Assembly: GCA_000002455.1 (NCBI GenBank)
Contig: DQ158856.1
Coordinates: 108,591 to 140,590 of the forward strand
Direction: 5' to 3'
Origin: Bigelowiella natans nucleomorph
Taxonomy: Eukaryota > Protista > Cercozoa
DNA length: 32,000 bases
Below, piece by piece: positions 10,224 through 20,509 of this stretch. Below the pieces are notes generated by a model. It was given only the letters and a program-made list of their open reading frames with translations. It did not search any database and was not told the origin of the DNA. The position numbers and the translations under genes were made by a program. Numbering within the stretch: position 1 is the first letter of the stretch; each line of letters starts with the position of its first letter.

Positions 10224-13200
10224 ATGTCAAAAAAAGTGCAATCTATACTAAAAAAATGTATTCTGCCCTTAATTAGGTCTTTATTCCGCATTGGGATATT
10301 TTCTCAAGAAGAGTTAATAAAATATTCAATCATAACTCACCTTTATTCAAAATTTAAATCCAATCATAAAAGCTTATCCAATAATTATTTACAGAGAGTA
10401 TAAACTAGCTTTATAGATGTTTAGTAATAAGAATTTCTGCAGCATTTGCTTTAAACCCATTTTTGAATGCTTTGGACATACTGGTACATCTTAGAATATT
10501 AGGAATACTAAAGCTAGAAATTCCCTTTTTACATTGCTTATTCTATAAGAAAGTAATAAAAATTATTGAAACAATATGTTTAAATTGTAACAGTCCACAC
10601 AATTTAAAAAAATCTAGCTCATTATTGTACAAGTATCTTATTTTATACTAGGTTTCTAAAAAATCATTCTTCGAGTAGCTATGTCAAAAAGATAGCTTTT
10701 ACTTTTTTAATATTAAATTTAATCGAAAATGAATACTGTGACAATTGCTCCATGTTCATCAAAAAGATAAAGTTAATATAATAATAAAGATATTTCAACG
10801 ATAGTTGTAGATTTTTATACTTTTATCAGAACAAATTAGTTTCGAATCAACGTAATGTTTTATTTAGTTATTTAGAAAGCTGCTTTTTTTTTATCAAATG
10901 AAGAATTCACTACTTATAATATTTTCCTAATCTCTCAAAAGGTCAAAAAGAGTTACTATAAAAGCCTTCAAATATCAAGCAGTTTAGAAAATCTATTTTT
11001 CCTGAATTTACCAATAATACCAAACATTCTAAGACTAGATTTTATTACTGAAAGTACATTTTCTAAATAATAGACAAAAAAGACCTCCGTAACCCCTTAA
11101 ATACTTTATATCTAACTCTAATAAAATGGAACCGATCTCTTTATCTTTTAATTGTTCAAAATAAATTTTCTTTAAATTTAATGGATTTACATGTATCTCA
11201 ATTAAACAAGGTAATTCAAAAAATCATAATTGATACTAGTATCACTAGTAATAATTATTTACAGAATTCTATTCCACGTTTTCGGTATGCTATTTTCTAA
11301 TAGTGGTATAATGACGAGAATGAGAGGCAAAAAGGGTAGAATCCGTAAAAATATTCTAGGTAAAAGGGTAGATTTCATTTTTAGATCTGTTATTTCACCT
11401 AACATTAACTTGCCCATCGGTTTTTGCTCTCTTCCGTATAATTCTAGAATTATTCTTACTATCACTGAAAAACTGATAAATTTAAATAGAAGCATACATA
11501 GTTTGAAAAGCAATGTCATGCTAGATTTTTTATGTAACGTTAGCTTCATCCTTAAAAAAAACGATAAAAGAAAAATAAACTTTAAAAAAATTAAAAAAAA
11601 TTTAACATCAAAATATATTATCAAAGTTACTCTATAATATGTAGAACGGTGATTTTGTTGAGAGGAAAATAAATCATCTAGATTTTTCACTTTTAAATAG
11701 ACAACCTTCATTACACAAATTTTCAATATTAGGACACCTCTTGCATTTTGGATTTTCAAAATCATTGAATATCAATCCATCAGTTTGCTTTCCATACAAT
11801 GCAGATTTTGACGGTGACGAAATGAATCTTCATTTATGTCAAAATTATTACGCTAAAGCAGAAATACTGGAATTGATGCTTCCAATCGAAAATTTAAGTT
11901 CATCGAATGATTCCAGATTAATAATAAATTCAATTCAAGTATACTCGATACTAATAGGATCTTAATTATTATAACTACCTTAAGGAAAGTAAAACATACC
12001 ATAAAATAACTAATACCCCTATTTTAAAAGCAGAAAATCTTAAAAAAAAAAAAAGTTTTAATTCAGTACCGTTTAAGTATTTTACAAAAGTACTAGATTA
12101 TTTTTAGGTTTTCAGCAATAATTTATATATCAATTATTCCTTAGAAAGTATGAATTTTTTGAAATCTAATTACTTTAAAAAAACCACTTTAAATATGGCC
12201 TATGGGTCCTACTATTATAATTCAATAGATTACAGTACAGACGGTAAAATCCAGGTTCTATTATATGATTTTAGACTAATGTACCAAGTTCTAGAGTAGG
12301 TAAATCAGAACTTTTGAATTTAATTAAGGGTAAAACAGCCATACTAGACCTATTGTGTAAACAAAATCAAAATTTGTTCACATTTAGTAATTCAGCTCTC
12401 ACACTGAGTATTAAAGATCTATTAAAATTTCATAAAACACTTAATAAAGCTTGTAATCCTATAGCGAAATTTAATCAAACCATCACAAACACTTATTCAT
12501 TTCAACAAGAAATAATAAATTATCACTACAAAAAAAATTTGGATAAAAATACACTAGAAAATTCAAAAAGAAAATTAATCACAAATATGTTGACCTCTTT
12601 AACAAAAACTTTAAAATATTTTGGATCTTTATTAAACATCTTCGAAATGTTCGATAATAATTTTAACATCATGATACAAAGTAAGACAAAAGGGAAAATT
12701 AATAATTTTATTAAAATGTTAGAACTTATTGGTCAACAAAAAATATTTTTGAATTCATTATTTAGTCCTTTTAAAAATTCATTATTTAACAAAAATCTTT
12801 ACAACATTCCATCATTTAACAGTTATAACATTTATAATAGATAATGAGGTCTATTTCGATTCTCTTTTCACTGGACTGTCTATGCTTTCTTTCGTGAGTA
12901 ACTTATTTACTGGAAGGGAAAGCCTTGTCGTATCAGCGATTAGAACCTCTGATACAGGCTATTTATCTAGAAAATTACAACTTTCGCTGACAGATATCAG
13001 TATTTTTAATGATTTTTCTATCAGAAACTCAGAAGGATGTGTTTTAATACTGAGGTTAGACAAATATTTTAAGATACGTTTCCGATTGTATCAGGTATTG
13101 TTCAGAAAAGAAAAATTCAATATCCGTACATAGGATTTTGGACGGATACCAAAAAATTAAGCAATTAAAGCTTATCACAAATTCCGTTCACACAAAAAAT

Positions 13201-14537
13201 GTTCCATTTAATCAGATAGAAATTTTACGATCAAATTATTGACAATAATGGAATTATTAATATACTAAATATTTATAGAAATAAAAAAATTCGCAATTGT
13301 CAATTACACGACGTTAGCCGTTTACTTTCACAAAGTGTTATACAAGCCCTACAGGAAGGATTTAATATTGAAGTATTCTATTAGCAAAAAGAACTTATAC
13401 TACAAAAATAAAAATGATTCTAAAAAAAAAGTCAAAAAATCATGCATATTAGAATCAATTATGCCACAAGTTATTAATATTTTTTCGCTTTTAAATGTTC
13501 GATTGAAAAAAAATCCCGGGTATCCTATTGGAATAATTGCTGGACAAAGCATATCCGAGCCAGTTACTCAAATGACGTTAAAATCATTTCACTTTACTGG
13601 TCATCATCATAGTAATTAGGGAATGCCCAAGAGAATATTTCAAAAGAATTTCAAAAAATCAAGAATATTTTCAGATATAGTTCAAATTATTCTTCTGTTA
13701 AAACATTTATTTCTTTTAATACAAAGATTGATAAATTTCAAAAAATATTAGACCTCTATTCATTTTATAAGCCTAGAAATGATTCAAAAATCGAGAAAAT
13801 TGTTTTATCAATAAAAGAAAGTATTTTAAAAGAAAAAAGAAAAAGTTTTGATATATATTGTAACAAAAATAAACAAAGATTTAAAAAGAAAAATTCTTTC
13901 AGATGATTTTTTAAAAAATGCTGTAAACTTTGATCAAAAAAATAAAAACATAATAATTCAATTCAACGAATCTTCTAACAAATACCCGAATTTAAACTAT
14001 TTATGCATATTTGGAGATATAATGCTAAAAATTAATAAATATAAATCCAATAGTATGAATCTTTATTTTAAAAAAATAACTTTTTCGAGAAACAAGTACT
14101 ATTCAATCATTCTTGAAGGGGATCCTCAGGAATTTAAACTTAGCAATTTACTTTCGAGTACCTATTTTTATAAACTATCCTTCGACTCAAATCATATATT
14201 ACTGGTCTCGAGTTTACTTGGAATAGAAGCAGCAAGAGAAAAAATATTCTTGGAATTGAATAAGATTTTTACAACAAAAAGGGTAAAACTCAATTTTTCT
14301 TTTATCTCTATCATTGCAGATAATCTTACGCTAAATGGTAAGATTTTAGGTATTTCATTCAATCAACAATTTATTCACAAAAATAGTTTTTTGTACCACG
14401 CAGCTATAGAAAAAACTATCGAAACGTTAATAGTTTCATCCTTTCACGGAAGCATGTCTCGTACCTCAGGTACTCTTGAATCTCTATTTCACGGAAAACG
14501 AAATATTACAGGGACTGGAATTAGCCGCATTTTATAA
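10224..14537 (+). CDS. rpc1: RNA polymerase III largest subunit
   Basis: CFGHTG Zn motif, GKRVDF, NRQPSLH, PYNADFDGDEMNLH, QMTLK (Pol III-type), LGIEAAR and NGKILGI. Many tiny introns (e.g. 11285-11303, 13600-13619). Confidence 0.85.
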
Positions 14538-14950
14538 AAATATGAACATTCTTTTAGTATTTTAATAATTTATAACTCTTTTCATTTTTCTACTTTTCTA
14601 TCATTATTATTATGGGATAACTCCATTGATGGTCACATCAAGTCATACATATCTTTAGTATTCTTCAAAATACTTCAATTCTAAACACATTATTATTGAT
14701 GTTTTTTAGATTTCACAAGCTTGAAATTATAACCTTACTTTTCGAATAAGAAATATAAACCTTTAAAAAAACATTTAGACTAATATAATTGATATAAGAC
14801 TATTAAATCATGCTTAGTGGTAAAAAATATAAAAGAATTCCTAGAATATTAAATTTTTATAAAGAAGAATTGTAAAAAATCAAAGGGTATCCTAAACTAA
14901 TTAAATGTTGAGAAGTTAACTAATTTAAAGAAAAGCATATCATACTTAGT

Positions 14951-15762
14951 ATGAAACTATTAAATATCAGAAAAGAAGTATAGGATATTAAACTAGTTAA
15001 TGACACAAGAAGTAATAAACTTTTCTATTAAAAACTTATTTAAAATCATATTTAAATATAACAGATTTTTAAAATTTTATTTATATAAAAAAAATGAAAA
15101 TTTTTTCTTTGTTCTTTACCTAAAATCTTGTAGGTTTAATCCAAAATATTATTTTTCGACTCTTCGAAACAAATCCTTAAAAATATTAAATAGAGGTAAC
15201 TTAGATATATCTACGTTAAAAAACTTGTCACATATTAAAAAATTTTTTAAAAAAAATTGTAGATTTCACTACCATCAGAAATTGCATTGTAGTTTCACAA
15301 AAAAGCTTAAAAATAAGTTAACACTTACGAAAAATATAATCTCACATTTGTTTTTTATCAATTCTAATAAGTTAAAGATACTTTACAAAAATTATAAATC
15401 TTCTAATATTTCTACAATGACACAAAGTTCTAGGATGAAAGAAGCATTTAATTATACTAATAAATCTTTTAGAAGGTAGTTTTAAATAAAATAGTATAAT
15501 TTTTAATACCTTACGTTTTCTTATTAACAGTGGTGTGAGAGGATGCATGATTAAGTTAAAAGGCGTTTACAGATCTAAACGAACTAAGACTTTTAAATTC
15601 AGACGAGGATTAATAAGCCATTCAGGAATTCAGAACAATGACTGGATAGATTCTGATAGCTTTTATTTGAATAAAAAACGAGGAACACTAGGAATAAATG
15701 TTTTATTCTTTCTAATAGATAAAAATAATGAAAAAGGAAAGAAAAAATTATTTCTTAAATAA
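14951..15762 (+). CDS. rps3: 40S ribosomal protein S3 (uS3), divergent N-terminal half
   Basis: RFLINSGVRGCMIKLKG..RSKRTKTFKFRRGLISHSG..GTLGINV matches the uS3 C-terminal domain. Two 19-nt introns (~14978-14996 and 15476-15494) join the exons. Confidence 0.8.
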
Positions 15763-15824
15763 AAAGCACTTAGTACCGGGGAAAATCAGAAGAAAATCTA
15801 GTATTCTTCTATTGAAAAATAAAT

Positions 15825-15896
15825 AGCCTATTACTGGATTCGAACCAGTGACTTCTTGCTTACTAGGCAAGTGCTCTACCCCTAAGCTAAATAGGC
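15825..15896 (-). tRNA. trnT: tRNA-Thr(AGU)
   Basis: Cloverleaf with GCCTATT/AATAGGC acceptor stem, anticodon arm CTTGC-CTAGTAA-GCAAG and T-loop GGTTCGAATCC. Confidence 0.95.
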
Positions 15897-15963
15897 ATCT
15901 TGGCTTATATACAATAATAGATTTATTTATTAATCAATAAATGTATAAATAATAGCTTAATTA

Positions 15964-16460
15964 ATGAATAAAAAAACTTTGCAAATGCAAACTCTCAATA
16001 GTGGTCTTGAACTTGATAGAGCTATACTCAATGTTAAATGTTAAGATTTTCAGGAAAAACATAGATTAATTGTCATAAGATTCGGCGATGAAAACGATGT
16101 TGAAACACTTTATATGGATGAAGTTAATAATACTGTTAAAGGTGATTAATAAATCAATCGAATCATTAAAAAATATAGCTGTTTTTTATAAAATGGACTT
16201 AAAAACAGCAGAAGAAGTTGTATCCATCTACGAATTGATCGATCCATGCTCTTTGATGTTTTTCTTTCGCAACAAGCACATAATGGTTGATTTAGGTACG
16301 GGAAACTACAATAAAATAAACTGGCTATTTAATTCAAAACAAGATTGTATTGACATAATTGAAACAATTTATAGGGGAGTGATCAAAGGTAAGACATTAA
16401 TTTTTTTTAATAATAGTTTGATATTAATTAATAGATTATTCTTCTAAATATAAATACTAA
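15964..16460 (+). CDS. dib1: U5 snRNP thioredoxin-like protein Dib1 (U5-15K)
   Basis: LIVIRFG, YELIDPCSLMFFFRNKHIMVDLGTGNYNKINW, DIIETIYRG and a spliced C-terminus NYSSKYKY*. Three introns: 21 nt at 16033-16053 and two of 19 nt. Confidence 0.93.
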
Positions 16461-16469
16461 TTATATTGT

Positions 16470-17051
16470 TTATTTAATGATTCTATTTTCATGACATTTC
16501 TTATTTAGATTAAAATGTATAGAGTTTAAACTGAAGGATATAAATATTTCATTATCTTTTCTTACTAAAAAAGAAGGTTTATTTACGATTTGGTTTTTAA
16601 CTCTAATTTCTAAAATTTTTACTGGATATGTTTGTGCATTATCAAAATGCGAGCTTCGTGGATAGTTTTGGATAATTTAAGTTGTTTTACTACGGTTTGT
16701 AATCTTCTGGACAGTATTGATCGTAGATCTATTTTGATGATAGACTCTAGACAAAAAGTCATATTGTTCATAAAGTTATATTTATAACAAAACCAAAGAA
16801 TACCATAACTTTGACTTGGTATTTTTTCGAGCTTCGCCTTTTTATAAATTAACTTTTCTGCGACTTTTCGTAGTTTAGAAAGAAAAAATTGAGTTCTCCA
16901 CAATTCTCTTTTGTTTTTTAATCCAAATAAATTTATCATCCGAATCTCATTGCACAATCTAAGCTTTTCATATGGATTTTTTGGTCTATTCCAGATTTTG
17001 CTATCTATATATTAAAATATTACAATTTGTGTAATTACTTACTTTTACCAT
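16470..17051 (-). CDS. rps9: 40S ribosomal protein S9 (uS4)
   Basis: Spliced MVKVSNYTNYSKIWNRPKNPYEK, FGLKNKRELWR, RRLQTVV, IHEARILI..HIQV and VNKPSFLVR. Two tiny introns. Confidence 0.93.
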
Positions 17052-17092
17052 ATTTTATTGCACTTTATTTCAATTATTATTATTTATTATAA

Positions 17093-18530
17093 TTATTTCT
17101 GACTTATTTTTATACCATAAGGAATAGGGAAATATTTACTAGAACTTAACTTCGGCATTAGTTCGTCGTTTATGAGAGAAATTAATAATAATATTATTTT
17201 TGAATATTGATCCGTTTCTATCACAGAATGATTGATCTTATTAATTATGTTTATAGAAAAAGATGCATCTAAGGATAATAAAGCACTGTTGTGACACTCA
17301 TCACTAACTTTATCCACAACTACAATCTTTTTTTATTAATAGAACATTTTTGAACGGCACTGTCATTATATCTTCGGATTTGTTTTTTAGCTTCTCCAAC
17401 CTATCAATCAAAAACTTAAATAATATAGTTGGTCTTTCAGTATTATTCCTGACTATATATAAATCATTGTTCATTAAATATATTAAAACTACATTGTTGG
17501 AATAATAAATATTCTGCCCTGTATTTTGGATCATCTGTAACTAAAAATCTTACTAAATGTTGTTTTGGGTATAGAAACCTAAATCTTGATGATAGGTTCT
17601 CATACAAATGGCTTGTGACATCACTGGTATACTGAAGCCTATTATTAAGTAATATAAGTTCTTTACCGTAAATGGATTTTTGATTTTCCGACAAAATTAC
17701 TAAATTAATATTTAGATGAAGAGATCCAGAATAACTTATATTCTTGTCTGGGATCACTGATATCTGTACCATACCTGTAAAAAATTTATTTACAATTTTT
17801 CTTTTGAGAATAGCTTATTGCAGAAATAATCATTTTACATAAAGCTAACTTTTCAATGTGTATTTTATAGTTATGTATTTTAAGTGTTTCATAAAAAACT
17901 TTTATATTTTCATCAAATAAAAAGATAAACCCATTTTTTACTTTCATCTCTTGATTGATAGTTAATAAATTTCTAGATGAATAAAATAAATAAGAGATTT
18001 TTTTAAATTTTAATTCATTATCTATAAGATATATTTAACTTTTTCTTTCACTTGATTTCAATTTCCACTGACTCCTATCTGCTCTTTTTCTATATCGATT
18101 AATATTTGGCTTAACTAAAGAAATTTTGATTTCGCTTGTCATTATTTTGATTAGCACTATCCAAGTAATACTAGTCCTTGGTATATATATTACTGAAATA
18201 TGCAAAAATTTAAGAAAACTATTCCGTCTAGAAGCAAGTTTAAAATTATACTCGATATGAAAGAAAGCAATATTTATCTAGTTAATCTTTTAAAAAAGTA
18301 TTCTAAATATATATTAGTAAATTATATCATAATATTTATCTATTATTCGTTGGTTATCGTGTTATTAACCCAATGCTAGAAAAAGTTGTTTTAACTGTTA
18401 TACATATAATTAAAGATAGAAACTGAACATATTAAATCAAAAATACTTTTTTTACGTTGCCTAAAAGCTATTGTTATAGATCTGGTAGATCTCTTCTCCA
18501 GAATTTGTAATTTAAGTACCCTTTATTCAT
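17093..18530 (-). CDS. Hypothetical protein (multi-exon)
   Basis: ORFs 17464-17772, 17310-17534 and 17093-17317 join in frame via two 19-nt GT-AG introns. The extension upstream to an ATG at 18530 is a guess. No family recognised. Confidence 0.45.
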
Positions 18531-18610
18531 AATCTAATATAATTACATACAATTAAGCATCAAATTATTAACTTTTTAAAATCAAAATAAATATTTTATC
18601 TTTATCATAG

Positions 18611-18985
18611 TTAAAAAAACAAAACTGAAGCCTTGGATAATATAACTCTCTTTCGCTTGTCACCTAAAAGGTATATTGTACAAAAGTGCTTTAAAAAAGT
18701 TTTCAAATGAATCCAGTTTGGAAGGTTTAGCTTAATAGCGTTAAAAACATAATACATAGTCTTGAACCTGTGTAACTTTTGGATATATTTTAAGTTGATC
18801 ATTTGAACTTGTGTCTTGATGAAAATATATTTATTTAAAGATGGTATCATGAATTTCGATGCTTGAGTAATATCATTTAATTTTATGATTCTCGTTTCAA
18901 TAGGGTGTTTGCAATTTTTAGAAGTTTCAATACTAACAAAATTAATCCAGTGTTTCATTTTAGAATAACTTTCATAAGTTAGCAA
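18611..18985 (-). CDS. Hypothetical protein (possibly related to the uL4 C-terminal extension)
   Basis: A 124-codon open frame directly downstream of rpl4. Weak resemblance to the eukaryotic uL4 C-terminal domain. Confidence 0.35.
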   Translation of the reverse strand: MLTYESYSKMKHWINFVSIETSKNCKHPIETRIIKLNDITQASKFMIPSLNKYIFIKTQVQMINLKYIQKLHRFKTMYYVFNAIKLNLPNWIHLKTFLKHFCTIYLLGDKRKRVILSKASVLFF

Positions 18986-19903
18986 ATAAGTATACGCTTA
19001 GTTTCCTTTTTGAGTCTTAAATTTAATGACTTTGGTATACTGTTTAATCCATAGGATGATTCGATTTTAAAACAATCTATCAATATATAATAAAAACCTA
19101 GCATTCCTATCATTGATAAAAATGATCTTTTTGAAAAAATACAAAAACGGCCAATTCTTCCTCCCAAAATAAACTAAAATAATAACACTTACTTTTTGAA
19201 TACTTATTTTTGAAAAACAACAAACTTCCAATCCTGCTGTATTTTGAGTCAAATAGAATAAGTCTCCCACTTGATCTACAATAATCAGAGGTCCATTTTT
19301 ACAGGTGTTGCTTGAGGCTAAGTGTTTCTTTCTTTTAGCATGAGAAATCATCGCCTTCTTAAAATCACTATATCCTCCGTATAATTTCAACAACATTAAC
19401 AATTCACTTGGATGCCAAATATACTTTAATATAGAATCTATAATCATAGGGAAGTTTTTTACATCTTTTAGAGAATGCCCTCTAGATACCACAAGAGTTT
19501 CAAAAAGTGTTGATAGAAGTGCAGTTTTAAAAGCACTTACTTTAACTTTGCGATTTGTCTTTATATTCCACTTCTTAGAATAATTTCTATTTCCAAATAA
19601 TCTTCCACCTCTACACATATTAGCTAATGCTCCTTGGCCCGCTTTTCGTGTACCTGATCCCTTTATCCTTGGAATCCTAGCTAAACCCCTACCGGGACCC
19701 CAGCTTTTTGCTGAAACTTGATTCCCAGAGTTATTATATTTAATGTTTTTATGAATACGTGAATTGTATAAATTATTTATATACATGTTTAAGTTTTTTA
19801 AATTTATTTCGATATTTTTTATATTCTTTACTATTACTGAATTGTTTCTTTGAGTATTAAGTCCAATCACATTGAATTTAATAAAAGACTTCTGTTGAGA
19901 CAT
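18979..19903 (-). CDS. rpl4: 60S ribosomal protein L4 (uL4)
   Basis: SGNQVSAKSWGPGRGLARIPRIKGSGT, ANMCRGGRLF, RGH and GPLII, then GGRIGRFCIF after a 19-nt intron (~19174-19192). Confidence 0.93.
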
Positions 19904-20179
19904 CTATTATAACTAGTCTTAGTAACAGGTTTATGTTATAGCTTTATACATGCTTTTCATCTATTTGAGATCTGTAAACTATTTTTAGAAATAGATCAAT
20001 ATTTCATGTACCATATTTACGCAATAAATTATTTCGGTAATAAATATGGCCACAGTACGAGCAAAAGTCTTATGACTTGTTATATTGGCATTTTTCTAGC
20101 TTTTATCAGATCTTATGTTTGTCAAAATTTAATTATTGAAAAGGTATTAAAATTACTATAGGAAAAAAAATTTATATTT

Positions 20180-20506
20180 TTGAATAGTTTACTTTCACTA
20201 CTCAACTGTATAAGTCTAAGGGAATATTATAAAAATAAAAAGATTCTTTATATAGTTAAAAGATTATACTTTCTAACAACAATACAGTTAATCATCTTTA
20301 GAGTCAAGTATTATTACATATTTAAAAACGAATTAAAAATTAAACATAATCAATATCATCAATTTTTGATCAATCATAGAAAATTATATGCCTCTTTTTT
20401 CAATGTGATACTGATAGTAAAGACTTTCCTTATGTTTATATTTCTTTTTTATCTAAAAATCTATAAGTATTCAACTAACTTAATTAATTCATCATTTAAT
20501 AATTAA
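20180..20506 (+). CDS. Hypothetical hydrophobic protein or last exon of one
   Basis: 108-codon frame ending 3 nt from the convergent AAA gene. TTG start only; unrecognised. Confidence 0.3.
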   Translation: MNSLLSLLNCISLREYYKNKKILYIVKRLYFLTTIQLIIFRVKYYYIFKNELKIKHNQYHQFLINHRKLYASFFNVILIVKTFLMFIFLFYLKIYKYSTNLINSSFNN

Positions 20507-20509
20507 CTT

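Noticed and set aside
11259-11765. 168-aa minus-strand ORF, and similar antisense ORFs at 3366-3548, 4137-4328 and 6221-6421
   Set aside because: These are antisense shadows of rpc1, eIF4A, PCNA and the + strand hypothetical gene.
10224-14537. Assignment as RPA1 or a second RPB1
   Set aside because: QMTLK, GKRVDF, CxPYNADFDGD and GKILGI fit RPC1, and RPB1 is already present at the window start.
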